Shown here in pieces: positions 30,280 to 40,083 of a stretch of DNA of 64,000 nt. The stretch is taken from contig CAYNYK010000003.1 of the NCBI GenBank assembly GCA_964401335.1, positions 6,222 to 70,221 on the forward strand, in the 5' to 3' direction. This DNA is from an uncultured Planctomycetales bacterium. GTDB lineage: Bacteria; Planctomycetota; Phycisphaerae; UBA1845; PWPN01. A program made the translations under genes and the position numbers. Under the pieces are notes generated by a model. It did not search any database. It had not been told where the DNA came from and was given only the letters and a program-made list of their open reading frames with translations. Every line of letters starts with the position of its first letter. Within the stretch, counting starts at the first letter, position 1.

Positions 30280-30458
30280 CGAACGGACCGATCCGATTCC
30301 CCCCAGTCTTCCCAACCCGCATACCTCCTCCAGACGTGTGTGCATGATGATGTGTTGCGCGGAGAGCATGTTCCTTGAGTGAAACCGCCCGCGGGCGGAG
30401 CAGGGACGTTTTTCCGCTGGGTCGAGTTGCTTTTATTACAGAGGTAAAACAAGCAGTT

Positions 30459-32564
30459 ATGGAAGTCACCAGAGTCGAATGTCAAGTCGGGGGGCGTACG
30501 CTCATATTGGAAACGGGGAAAATCGCCAAGCAAGCCAGTGGCGCGGTGATGGCGTATTACGGGGAAAGCGTTGTGCTGGGTACCGCGGTGCGGGCCGAGC
30601 CGCGGGAAGGGATCGATTTTTTCCCGCTAACCGTAGATTATCGCGAGAAGGCCTACTCCGCCGGGAAATTTCCGGGCGGGTTCTTCAAACGCGAGGGACG
30701 ACCGACTGAAAAAGAAATTCTGACCATGCGCATGATTGATCGGCCGATCCGCCCGTTGTTCCCCGAGGGCTTCAACGACGAGATTCAAATCCAGACTTTC
30801 GTACTGGCCGCCGATCCGTTGTTCGATGCCGACATTCTGGCTATCAACGCTTCATCCGCCGCGCTAAGTATCAGTTCCGCGCCGTTTGAGGGGCCGATTG
30901 CCGCGGTACGCGTGGGCCGGGTGGACGGAAAACTGATCATCAATCCGACCTACGATGAACTGGAAATTTCCGAATTGGACATGGTCTTAGCCGGCCATAA
31001 GGACGGCGTCAACATGATCGAGGTGGGGGCCCGCGAGGTCAGCGAGGACGTAATGGCCCAAGCCATTGCCTTTGGCATGGAATCGATCCGGATCATCCTG
31101 AAGGCCATCGATGAATTGCGGGCGAAGGCCGGTCAACCGCGCGAATGGACTCCCCCCGAGCCGAACGACGAACTTAAACAAAAAGTATATGATCTGGCCC
31201 ACGACGAACTGGTTCGCCGGCGGCAGATCGTCGGGAAACAAGAGCGTCAAACGGCCATCAAGGAACTGTATGAGCAGGTGCTGGAGCAGCTTTCCCCTAA
31301 AGACGCCGAGGACCCGCCCTACGAACGTACAGCGGTCAATAATGCCTTGCAACAGTTGGAGGAGAAAGTATTTACCCAGCAGTTATTGAGCACCGGCAAG
31401 CGAGCGGATGGCCGGGGACCGAACGATTTGCGGAACATATCCAGTGAGGTCGCCTTCCTGCCCCGTACCCACGGTTCGGCCTTGTTTACCCGCGGGGAAA
31501 CCCAGGCGTTGGTGGTCGCGACCCTCGGCACCATGCGCGACGAGCAGATCATTGACGGGCTGGCCGAGGAGTACAGCAAGAAATTCATGTTGCATTACAA
31601 CTTTCCGCCTTTCTGCGTCGGCGAGGCCCGACGGATTGCAGGACCGGGCCGACGGGAGATCGGGCACGGCGCACTGGCCGAACGTTCCTTGGCGCCGGTC
31701 TTGCCCTGTACGGATGATTTCCCCTATACGATTCGCCTGGTAAGCGAAATCACCGAGTCCAACGGTTCCAGTTCGATGGCCTCGGTTTGCGGCGGCACAC
31801 TGGCCTTGATGGACGCCGGTGTTCCCATCAGCCAGCCGGTGGCGGGTATTTCCATCGGCAGTGTCCATGATGAACATCAGCGCATCCTGCTGACCGATAT
31901 CCTCGGCGAGGAGGATCATTTCGGCGATATGGATTTCAAGGTCGCCGGTACCCAGCGGGGAATTACCGGTATCCAATTGGATTTGAAAGAGCGGGTCATT
32001 TCCCAGGAAACCATTGTCAAGGTTCTAGCGCAGGCCAAGGAGGCCCGGCTGGAAATCCTGCGGAAAATGCTCACCGTTCTCAAACGCCCACGCGCCGATA
32101 TCAGTAAATATGCTCCGCGCATATTGACGATTAAGATAAATCCGGAGAAAATCGGGGCGGTGATCGGGCCGGGCGGCAAGGGTATTCGAGCCCTTGAAGC
32201 CGATACCGGAGCCAAGATCGATATCCAGGACGACGGTACGGTCATGATCGCCTGTGTCGATATGGACGGGGCCAACCGGGCCCGGGACATCATCGAACAG
32301 ATCTCCGAAGGCGCTAAGGTCGGCAAGATCTATAGCGGTAAAGTTGTTAGTATCAAGGACTTCGGCGCATTTATCGAGATCGGACCGGGCATCGAGGGAC
32401 TCTGTCATATCAGTGAGTTGTCGGATAGCTATGTCCGCTCGGTGAACGAAGTGTGTAAACTCGGTGATTTTCTGGAGGTCAAGGTAATTTTGATCGACGA
32501 CCAGGGCCGAGTTAAGCTTAGCCGCAAGGCCGCTCTTGCCGAGAAGGCCAAGGCGAAAAACTGA
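30459..32564 (+). CDS. pnp: Polyribonucleotide nucleotidyltransferase (PNPase)
   Basis: GAGGT RBS. Two RNase PH domains are followed by KH (GPGGKGIRALEADTGAKI) and S1 (GKVVSIKDFGAFIEI) domains, in the classical rpsO-pnp arrangement. Confidence 0.95.
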   Translation: MEVTRVECQVGGRTLILETGKIAKQASGAVMAYYGESVVLGTAVRAEPREGIDFFPLTVDYREKAYSAGKFPGGFFKREGRPTEKEILTMRMIDRPIRPLFPEGFNDEIQIQTFVLAADPLFDADILAINASSAALSISSAPFEGPIAAVRVGRVDGKLIINPTYDELEISELDMVLAGHKDGVNMIEVGAREVSEDVMAQAIAFGMESIRIILKAIDELRAKAGQPREWTPPEPNDELKQKVYDLAHDELVRRRQIVGKQERQTAIKELYEQVLEQLSPKDAEDPPYERTAVNNALQQLEEKVFTQQLLSTGKRADGRGPNDLRNISSEVAFLPRTHGSALFTRGETQALVVATLGTMRDEQIIDGLAEEYSKKFMLHYNFPPFCVGEARRIAGPGRREIGHGALAERSLAPVLPCTDDFPYTIRLVSEITESNGSSSMASVCGGTLALMDAGVPISQPVAGISIGSVHDEHQRILLTDILGEEDHFGDMDFKVAGTQRGITGIQLDLKERVISQETIVKVLAQAKEARLEILRKMLTVLKRPRADISKYAPRILTIKINPEKIGAVIGPGGKGIRALEADTGAKIDIQDDGTVMIACVDMDGANRARDIIEQISEGAKVGKIYSGKVVSIKDFGAFIEIGPGIEGLCHISELSDSYVRSVNEVCKLGDFLEVKVILIDDQGRVKLSRKAALAEKAKAKN

Positions 32565-32776
32565 AAAACGGCACCGGCGAAAACCACTTTTGGTCAGCTA
32601 ATTATTGCGTAGCTGAGATAATTTCAGGCTGCGCATTGTATAAAACCCAGTAAGCACCTCACAATGGAGATGACGGCCGCGGTGTGTTGTGCGGGCTGAC
32701 GACACCCGGGCGTTTGGGTTCACGTTATGAGCCGCATTTACAAATCGTCAGCCTTTTGTTCGCCGGAGGCGGTGCC

Positions 32777-32998
32777 ATGGTCACCGGCAAAGTCAAATGG
32801 TTTGACCGGAAAAAGGGTTTCGGGTTTATCACGGGAGCCGAAGAGGGTAAGGACATCTTTGTCCATTACACCAGTATCGAGGGAGAGGGCTTCCGTAGCC
32901 TCAAGGAGGGTCAGCCGGTCGAGTTTGAATTAGTGGAATCGGAGAAAGGCTTGCAGGCCTTCCATGTACGTCCCTGCAAGGCGGAGTCCGTCGGCTAA
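32777..32998 (+). CDS. Cold-shock domain protein (CspA family)
   Basis: GGAGG RBS and [34 protein letters not shown], containing RNP1/RNP2-like motifs. The 5' leader of about 200 nt is as in csp genes. Confidence 0.9.
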   Translation: MVTGKVKWFDRKKGFGFITGAEEGKDIFVHYTSIEGEGFRSLKEGQPVEFELVESEKGLQAFHVRPCKAESVG

Positions 32999-33270
32999 TT
33001 TGGATTCATCCCGAAACCAGGGTATCCATTCGTATTCTGCGGGCCGGCAGGGCGGATGGACATGACCGCCAAAAACCAAGGCGGTTGGGCGGATAAGGCG
33101 CAGAGTCAGGGGAGCAGGGGTGATGTTGTTTCTATTTTTACATGAGGTTCGGGGGTTTTTGTTCGTCTGTTCATGTCTTTTTTCTTGATTCGTCCGCATT
33201 TTCGCGTTTCAGATCCTCGCATATAATACGGCCCTTTTGATAATGGGTAAGCATATTGGTTTGGAGAATC

Positions 33271-34641
33271 ATGAACGAGACGGCTTTTATCCTGATTGTG
33301 GACGATGAAGGGGACCGGGCCGAGAGTTGGTCACGTTTGCTTCGTGAGCAGGGGCACGCTTGCCTGGTGGTCCACAGGGGTCGTGAGGCCGTGGCCAGCG
33401 TACACAGCCGTTGTCCGGATGTTATCCTCGCGACTTCAAGCCAGGTTTGCTCCATACAAGACGGTGACTGGTTGGTCCAGGCTCAGCGACTGGCCCCCGA
33501 TGCGCAGGTTGTTTTAATACTTGTGGATGAAAAGGATCGGTCCGATCTCGACGCCCGCTTCGGTCAGACGGTGCAGATTCTCGGTGACGGGCGGCATCCT
33601 CCGGATCCCGGCGAATTGCTCCAGCCGATCTCCGATGCCGCGGAGCGCGCCCGGCGCAACCGCGATCACCGAGCCCTGGCCGAGCAGGTGAAAAAACAAG
33701 TCGAGTTTGAAGGTCTGATCACCGGCAACGAGCAGATGATCCGCCTGATCAAGATGATTCGCCGGGTGGCCGACAGCAAACTCACCGTTTTGATTCTCGG
33801 TCACTCGGGCACCGGTAAGGAGCTGGTGGCTCAGGCCATCCATCGTCATTCGCCACGAAAGGACAAGTCCTATCGGGCGATCAACTGTGCCGGCCTGAAC
33901 GAAAACCTGCTGGAAAGCGAACTGTTCGGGCATGTTAAGGGCGCGTTTACCGGGGCCGTCGCCGACCGTAAGGGTCTGTTCGAGGTGGTCGATGGGGGCA
34001 CGCTGTTTCTGGACGAGGTGGGGGACATGCCCCTGCCCATGCAGGCCAAGCTGCTGCGCACGCTGGAGAATGGGGAGATCATTCCCGTGGGCTCCAACGA
34101 TATCCGCAAAGTCGACGTACGCGTGGTGGCCGCCACCCGCCAGGACATTCGCGCGATGGTCGAGGAAGGCAAGTTTCGCGACGATCTGTTCTATCGTCTT
34201 AATCAGGCCATGATTCGGATTCCGCCTTTGCGCGAACGTCGCGAGGATATTCCTCTGCTGATCGATCACTTTCTGAAGGAGGCGGCCCGGCTGCACGGCA
34301 AAACGGTCGACACGATCAGCCCGGAAACCGTTCGTCGCCTGGGCGGCTATTCCTGGCCGGGCAACGCCCGCGAGCTGAAAAGCGTCATCAATCAGATGGT
34401 GGTGCTCTCCGACCGTCGGGAGCTGGACGTGGACGACCTGCCGGAGTACCTGCGCGGCAGCACGGATATCGTGCTGGCCGCCGCCCCCAGCACCGCCGGC
34501 CTGACCATGGAGCAGATGGAGAAGATCCACATCGCCAACACCCTCAAGCTGACCGGCGGCAACCGCGAAAAGACAGCCAAGATGCTGGGGATCGGCGCAC
34601 GGACCCTTTACCGCAAGCTGCGGGAATTCGGTCTGCAATAA
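33271..34641 (+). CDS. Sigma-54-dependent transcriptional activator (NtrC/Fis family) with a degenerate receiver domain
   Basis: The AAA+ core has GHSGTGKE (Walker A), GAFTGA and LFLDEVGDM (Walker B). The C-terminal Fis-type HTH is NREKTAKMLGIGARTLYRKL. The N-terminal receiver-like domain lacks the phospho-acceptor Asp. Confidence 0.9.
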   Translation: MNETAFILIVDDEGDRAESWSRLLREQGHACLVVHRGREAVASVHSRCPDVILATSSQVCSIQDGDWLVQAQRLAPDAQVVLILVDEKDRSDLDARFGQTVQILGDGRHPPDPGELLQPISDAAERARRNRDHRALAEQVKKQVEFEGLITGNEQMIRLIKMIRRVADSKLTVLILGHSGTGKELVAQAIHRHSPRKDKSYRAINCAGLNENLLESELFGHVKGAFTGAVADRKGLFEVVDGGTLFLDEVGDMPLPMQAKLLRTLENGEIIPVGSNDIRKVDVRVVAATRQDIRAMVEEGKFRDDLFYRLNQAMIRIPPLRERREDIPLLIDHFLKEAARLHGKTVDTISPETVRRLGGYSWPGNARELKSVINQMVVLSDRRELDVDDLPEYLRGSTDIVLAAAPSTAGLTMEQMEKIHIANTLKLTGGNREKTAKMLGIGARTLYRKLREFGLQ

Positions 34642-34694
34642 GGCCAGAGGGGCGACGGTTTAATGGACCCGGGTAATCGTGGCCATCGTTTCCC

Positions 34695-35645
34695 CTATTT
34701 GTCCCGCTTGGTCGGTTCCTTCGCCTGGCTATCCTTCGAATCCGTGATCGGCCAGGCTTGCAGGTTGTCGAACGAGCTGCCGGCGTCCGCCTTGGTCCAA
34801 AGTCCGATCATCCCGGCATCCTTGAACGTGTCGTCCTTGACCTCGAGCCACTTCTTACCGTCGCAGTAACAGGCGATTTCATTGCCCTTCATCCTTACCC
34901 GAAGTGTAAACCATTGACCTGTCGGGGTCTCGAAATCCACGGATTGGAGCATGGTACGCTTGCCGTTGACCACCTTATAGACACGGTAGTTGTTTTCAAG
35001 CGGATTGATCCGGCAAACGTAGTAGTTGTTTTCGTCCTGGCAGCGCCAGATGAGTCCGCCACCCTGGTCATCCCGGCCGGTATTACCGCGGACCTTGACC
35101 ATCACATTGAGGTTCTTGTATACGGCCTTCTCGATAAGCGCCAGGTTATAGGTGGCGTTGCCGTTGGCGGTCTTGACGTTCAGGACATTCGGCTTGCTCA
35201 TGGCGTCGGCATCGGGTTCAATCACCCATTTGGCCAGCTCTTTGGTCGGATGGTTTTGCCGGACAATCCAACCCGTCGGCAGCGTCGCGGCCGGGTCTTT
35301 GTCGAAATTCCAGCGCAGACCGGCGGTCTGTTCCATTTCCTCCTTCTGGATATCGAGCACCTTCCCGTCTACGGCGTCGATTTCGACCTCAACACGTTGC
35401 TCGCCGGCGATCATGGTGACCTCATACTGCGCCTGGCCGTCCTCCATCTGCAGTTCGGCCCTGAACGGTTTGCCGTCTTTCACCTCCCTCGCGGCGATCT
35501 CGATGGCCTGGCTCATCGTGATCCGGGTCTTGCCGATTAGATCCTGGATTCGAGCAAGCTCGGAAATTTCTTCGCCCCGCGCCGTGGCCGATGTTGCCAG
35601 AAATGCCAAACCGCTGAAAATACATGCCCATCGCCATGCCGTCAT
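34695..35645 (-). CDS. Secreted PepSY domain + DUF1080 (LamG-like) fusion protein
   Basis: GAGGAG RBS and a signal peptide. A PepSY-like segment (ITMSQAIEIAAREVKDGKPFRAELQMEDGQAQYEVTM...VEIDAVDGKVLDI) is followed by a DUF1080-like C-terminus (GGGLIWRCQDENNYYVCRI...WFTLRVRMKGNEIACYCDGKKW). Confidence 0.65.
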   Translation of the reverse strand: MTAWRWACIFSGLAFLATSATARGEEISELARIQDLIGKTRITMSQAIEIAAREVKDGKPFRAELQMEDGQAQYEVTMIAGEQRVEVEIDAVDGKVLDIQKEEMEQTAGLRWNFDKDPAATLPTGWIVRQNHPTKELAKWVIEPDADAMSKPNVLNVKTANGNATYNLALIEKAVYKNLNVMVKVRGNTGRDDQGGGLIWRCQDENNYYVCRINPLENNYRVYKVVNGKRTMLQSVDFETPTGQWFTLRVRMKGNEIACYCDGKKWLEVKDDTFKDAGMIGLWTKADAGSSFDNLQAWPITDSKDSQAKEPTKRDK

Positions 35646-35685
35646 GTGTCATCTCCTCTAATAAACAATGGTTCCATCGTTCGTT

Positions 35686-36219
35686 TCAGGGTGTGCAGAC
35701 TTCCAAGGTTTTTCCGTCCGATCCGCACTCGAAACGCCATTGAGCGACGATCTGTCCGGCCCTGGTCGTAGTCATAGCGTACCACGTCGGATCGTCCACG
35801 CGACGAACCAGCGTGTTCTTCTCGTAATAGCCGCTTTCCGCCTTGGGGAGCGGCCGGTCGTACGCCCGTCCCTCCGCCCGGGCAGCGCGGACGCCTTCCA
35901 TAAGCTGCCGGTACTCCGGAGTGTAGGTCTCCAGGTAGGCGATCCACCGTTTCTCAGGGTCCGCGCATTCGCCTTTAGCGGCCACGACAATGGCCCGCAC
36001 GCCGTCATTTTTTGTACCGCCGATCCCCCGGTCGGGCGGAATGGTCTCGCGCGGGACCTTATACAACTTGCCCTCGCTTTCGTCGTAATACCAGATTTGC
36101 AGATCCTCTTCGCCGGTAGTGGTGAAGAGGCGTATGTTGGAGATGGCTACGGTTGACGCGATCGCCAGCAAGACGGCCACGACGGTTACCTGGATGATGG
36201 TTTTTGTTTTTACGCTCAT
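35686..36219 (-). CDS. Single-pass membrane protein of unknown function
   Basis: GGAAGGA RBS before ATG 36219 (alternative ATG at 36231) and an N-terminal TM helix IIQVTVVAVLLAIASTVAI. It lies downstream of, and co-oriented with, the DUF1559 gene. Confidence 0.6.
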   Translation of the reverse strand: MSVKTKTIIQVTVVAVLLAIASTVAISNIRLFTTTGEEDLQIWYYDESEGKLYKVPRETIPPDRGIGGTKNDGVRAIVVAAKGECADPEKRWIAYLETYTPEYRQLMEGVRAARAEGRAYDRPLPKAESGYYEKNTLVRRVDDPTWYAMTTTRAGQIVAQWRFECGSDGKTLEVCTP

Positions 36220-36259
36220 ATTCCTTCCCATGATCGTCAGGTCAAGGTTTGCTCCCCGT

Positions 36260-37195
36260 CTAGGGCAAACGATGATAATCCGGCCTGATGGACCACCAGC
36301 ACTCGTTCTGATTGCAGGGGATATCATTCGCATTCAAATTGACTACGTGGCCGTCGGCGAAGGCATAGTTGGCCTTTTTGCCGTGACGTTGACAGCCGTA
36401 ATGGTTGTCGATCAAACGATTGAACCCGGCGGTGCACTGGCTGCCGTCCGTCGCTTGCGGCCTGATCCACCATCCAAGATCGTCACCGTATTTCGTGACC
36501 ACCCCGTCGTAGCCGGCGCCATCGCCGTACCAGATCAGCCGCGAGGGACTCTTGATCTGGCCGATTTTTCTGAGCCCGTCGACGTAACCTGACTCGACAG
36601 CCCGTCCAAAGGGTATCGACTTCGGTAAGTTTGCCTGCTTCTTTCCAAGCCAGTGAACTCCGGAAACACCTATGCCGCCGAAATTCCACCGCTCCAGAGG
36701 ATGCTTGATTCCGTAAATAAGGGGATAGCGTTCCCGGTCGGTGGTGGTGGGTCCGTTAAGGGACAAGGTGCGTCGCTCGTCGGCCTCGGAGTACCCGTCC
36801 GAATAGATGTACATGCGCTCGGCCGGGCAATCGAAAACATACTGGTTTCGCCCCGCGTAAGGGAACAGAATGACCCGAAAGGTGACTTCGACACGGTCGC
36901 TGTCGGTCGATGACGGCCACCAATCCTCGATGGGGTTCAACCAGTCTTTGTTGGTGGAGGCGTAGGCCGTCGCCGCGACAGCCAACTGATGCTGGTTCGA
37001 CGCACACACGGCCGTCCGGGCGGACTCTCGGGCTTTGCCCAATGAAGGAAGCATGATGGACACCAGAAAGGAAATGATGGAAACGACGACGAGAACCTCG
37101 ATCAGGGTGAACGCGTGCGGGCCACGATTCGCCTTGACGACGGTTCGCTCAACATGCGCGGAGACGTAAAGCCGTTGTCCCGATTCAATATGCAT
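36260..37195 (-). CDS. DUF1559 protein with a prepilin-type N-terminal cleavage/methylation domain and H-X9-DG motif
   Basis: AFTLIEVLVVVSIISFLVSIMLPSLGKARESARTAVCASNQHQL, plus C-terminal HGKKANYAFADGH (H-x9-DG). Confidence 0.9.
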   Translation of the reverse strand: MHIESGQRLYVSAHVERTVVKANRGPHAFTLIEVLVVVSIISFLVSIMLPSLGKARESARTAVCASNQHQLAVAATAYASTNKDWLNPIEDWWPSSTDSDRVEVTFRVILFPYAGRNQYVFDCPAERMYIYSDGYSEADERRTLSLNGPTTTDRERYPLIYGIKHPLERWNFGGIGVSGVHWLGKKQANLPKSIPFGRAVESGYVDGLRKIGQIKSPSRLIWYGDGAGYDGVVTKYGDDLGWWIRPQATDGSQCTAGFNRLIDNHYGCQRHGKKANYAFADGHVVNLNANDIPCNQNECWWSIRPDYHRLP

Positions 37196-37727
37196 GGTTC
37201 AGTCCGGAACCCCAATAGTTATGGCCACCTGAATAATCGTTCTGAATCCCTCATATACAATCTTTTGGGGCCTCTGGTCTTAAAAAGGACGGTTTATCCG
37301 CCACCCGTACGGCCGTATGCGGGAATACCCCTTTTTATTCGTGGTTGGTGGATATTTCTTACACATTCCGGCCTTTTTCTTGAGAGTATAGAGTATTACG
37401 TTCTCTCTATTTCCGAGACGACGGACTACCGTCTTGAGCGGTTGGGGATACGCCTAATTGCAATAAATATTGAATTTTGGATGCCATTCATGCATAAATG
37501 CTGAAAAAGGCGGGAACATCGTTATTATTGGATTGGAACTTTCAAGAGCGACAAGCTCAGCTCGCCGGTATCTCGGAAAAACGATGTTTCGATGCCCTGC
37601 TTGTCTGGTGGGAGATCGGGCGAGTCAATTTTTGCTCATATAGAGGAGGTCTTCATGTGCTCTTAAGGTTATTTGCGTTAACATGACCTGGGTAAATGGT
37701 CACATACAAAGCCGTTTGGGGCCTCCC

Positions 37728-38381
37728 ATGCGCGTGTTGGTGATTGAAGACGAACCCGATTTGTTGGAGGCGCTGGTACAGGCGCTCCGCGAGAGCGGAT
37801 ACGCCGTGGACGAGGCTTCGGACGGCCGGGAGGGTCTATTCAAGGCGGCCGGGACCGATTATGACGCGATCGTGCTTGACCTGATGTTGCCCGGCATGAG
37901 TGGGTGGGACCTGCTCCGCGAGCTTCGGAAGAGCAAATCGACGCCCGTGCTTATTTTGACCGCCCGCGACACGCTGCCCGACCGGGTTCGAGGCCTCGAT
38001 GCCGGAGCGGATGATTACCTGACGAAACCTTTTGAACTGACCGAGTTACAGGCCCGACTGCGCGCCCTGATTCGGCGGGGCGCGGGCCAGGCGACGACGG
38101 TCATCGCGATCGGAGATGTTACGGTGAATACGGCCGAACGCACCGTCCGCAAGGGTGGGCAGGTAGTGGCCCTGACGCCGACCGAATACGCTCTGGTTGA
38201 GCTCCTCGCGCTGCACAAGGGCAAGCTGGTTAGTCGAACGATGATTTATGAACACTTGTTCGACGAAGACAGCGACACCCTTTCCAACCTGGTCGATGTT
38301 CATATCGCTAATGTGCGAAAAAAGCTGGGGAAGGATTTTATCGCCACCCGTCGGGGCGAGGGGTACCAACTGCATGTTTAG
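37728..38381 (+). CDS. OmpR-family response regulator
   Basis: MRVLVIEDEPDL, the phospho-acceptor context AIVLDLMLPGMSG, TARD, DDYLTKPF, and a winged-helix C-terminus. Confidence 0.9.
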   Translation: MRVLVIEDEPDLLEALVQALRESGYAVDEASDGREGLFKAAGTDYDAIVLDLMLPGMSGWDLLRELRKSKSTPVLILTARDTLPDRVRGLDAGADDYLTKPFELTELQARLRALIRRGAGQATTVIAIGDVTVNTAERTVRKGGQVVALTPTEYALVELLALHKGKLVSRTMIYEHLFDEDSDTLSNLVDVHIANVRKKLGKDFIATRRGEGYQLHV

Positions 38382-39927
38382 GTCCATCCAATGGACGCTT
38401 CAGCTTTGGCATGCCGGTCTGCTGACCATTGTGCTCATCGGATTTGGAACGGCCTCGTACTTTGCCATATCGGGAGCTCGAATAGAACAGTTTGATAGCG
38501 ATTTGGAACGCTCGGTCCAGATACTGGCTACGGGGTTTCGCCTGCCAAAGATACCAGACGCTTCATCCACAGAGTCGTCTACGGATAAGAATTCAGCGCA
38601 GTCCCAACCCGCTGATCCCGCCCCCTCCGGCGCAGTCTCGCAATCTTCGGCATCGGCGACTCAATCGACCGACGGCTCACCACGTCGTTCATGGCCAGAG
38701 CCGCCGGCCTTGGAATTCGAAGTCCCCGCCGCCCTGGCCGAACGATTTACGGACGATCGGCCGGGCGCGGATTACTACGTAATTTGGGACTTTGACGGCC
38801 GGGTCATGTGGTGTTCGAGTGCCGCCATCGCTGCCACCGTTTCGTACGCCGGTGCGCGACCGGAACGGTCATCGCGGCCGCCGGCTCCCGGTCCGCCCGG
38901 TATCCGAAAAAGAGGCGAGTTTCGTGAAGCGTATGTCAACGGCCCTCGTTGGACGCGCGTGTTGATGGGGATATCCACGCGTCCACTGCAAACCGAATTA
39001 CGGCATCTGGCCTTCCGGCTCACCGCGATCGGCGCCGGGGTGCTGGTCATCGGCTTGGTTGGCGGATGGTTGGTCTCCCTCCGCGCGGTGCGACCGATCC
39101 GAGCGATTACCGCGGTGGCCCAGGAGATTTCCGCGTCCAACTTGTCCCGCCGCATCCCTATCGCGGAAGTCCAGAGCGAGTTGGGGAGTCTGGCGGTCGT
39201 ACTCAACGAGATGTTTACCCGGCTTGAGGCGGCCTTTCAGCAACAAGTCCGGTTCACGGCCGATGCGTCCCACGAGCTGCGCACGCCGTTGTCCGTTATC
39301 CACACGCATGTTCAACTGGCCCTTTCACGGGAACGCTCGGCGGAGGAGTACCGCAAAACGATCGAGACCTGCCAGCGGGCATCGAGTCGGATGAAGGACC
39401 TGGTCGATTCGCTTTTATTTTTGGCGGGCGCCGATGCCGGGCGGTTTGCGTTGAACCGGCAATACACCGACTTGCGCGCGGTCGTGGAAAGCTGTATGGC
39501 CATGGTTGCCCCGTTGGCGGAGGCCAAGGGGGTGGTTGTGGAGGCTAATCTTCGCCCCGCGAAATTGAACGTCGATGTATCTCGGATGACTCAAGTGATC
39601 ACGAACCTGCTTACCAATGCCATCCGGTACAACCGTCGGGAAGGACATGTCCAAGTTGCGCTGGCCATGAATGGCGGCAGTGTCTTGCTGACCATCAGTG
39701 ATACGGGGCTGGGAATCCCGATCGAGAATCAACCCCACATTTTTGAGCGTTTCTACCGGGTCGATAAGGCCCGTAGCCGTGAGGAGGGAGGTAGCGGTTT
39801 GGGGTTGGCGATCTGTAAAACCATTGTCGAGGCCCACGGCGGAACGATTACGTTCAAGAGCGAAGTCGGCCAGGGCACGACTTTCAGCGTCCGCCTGACG
39901 CTGACCGATCCGACCGTCATGACCTAA
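38374..39927 (+). CDS. Sensor histidine kinase (HAMP-HisKA-HATPase_c)
   Basis: It overlaps the regulator gene by 8 nt. Two TM helices are followed by the H-box FTADASHELRTPLSVI, the N-box LTNAIRYN, and the G-boxes DTGLGIP and GGSGLGLAICK. Confidence 0.9.
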   Translation: MFRSIQWTLQLWHAGLLTIVLIGFGTASYFAISGARIEQFDSDLERSVQILATGFRLPKIPDASSTESSTDKNSAQSQPADPAPSGAVSQSSASATQSTDGSPRRSWPEPPALEFEVPAALAERFTDDRPGADYYVIWDFDGRVMWCSSAAIAATVSYAGARPERSSRPPAPGPPGIRKRGEFREAYVNGPRWTRVLMGISTRPLQTELRHLAFRLTAIGAGVLVIGLVGGWLVSLRAVRPIRAITAVAQEISASNLSRRIPIAEVQSELGSLAVVLNEMFTRLEAAFQQQVRFTADASHELRTPLSVIHTHVQLALSRERSAEEYRKTIETCQRASSRMKDLVDSLLFLAGADAGRFALNRQYTDLRAVVESCMAMVAPLAEAKGVVVEANLRPAKLNVDVSRMTQVITNLLTNAIRYNRREGHVQVALAMNGGSVLLTISDTGLGIPIENQPHIFERFYRVDKARSREEGGSGLGLAICKTIVEAHGGTITFKSEVGQGTTFSVRLTLTDPTVMT

Positions 39928-40083
39928 ATGTGTGGCGGATGTGCCCGTTTGCGGAGGGTCTTCGTTTGATGCGTCTTCATCTAACCTTAAGGTTCATTAT
40001 GATAGAATTCAGGAGGAATGGTGGCGGTTAGGTCAATATTCATAGGGGTCGGATCGGGGGGGCGTGGACATCGGGGTTTGGCT

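Noticed and set aside
33514-34638. Long antisense or alternate-frame ORFs inside well-supported genes. Examples are 33514-34638, 41211-42185, 43612-44544, 4398-5336, 14730-15980, 28215-29246 and 42239-43000.
   Set aside because: In each case the opposite strand or another frame encodes a protein with clear family motifs. The shadow ORFs have Arg/Gly/Pro-rich composition expected from high GC content.
34731-34745. A T-loop-like CCTTCGAATCC string that might mark a tRNA
   Set aside because: No acceptor or anticodon stems can be drawn around it, and it lies inside the 3' end of the PepSY-DUF1080 coding sequence.
37463-37480. A sigma-54-like TGGATGCCATTCATGCA upstream of the two-component genes
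   Set aside because: The GG-to-GC spacing is one nucleotide off the -24/-12 consensus, the TGGCAC core is not matched, and the site lies 250 nt from the gene.
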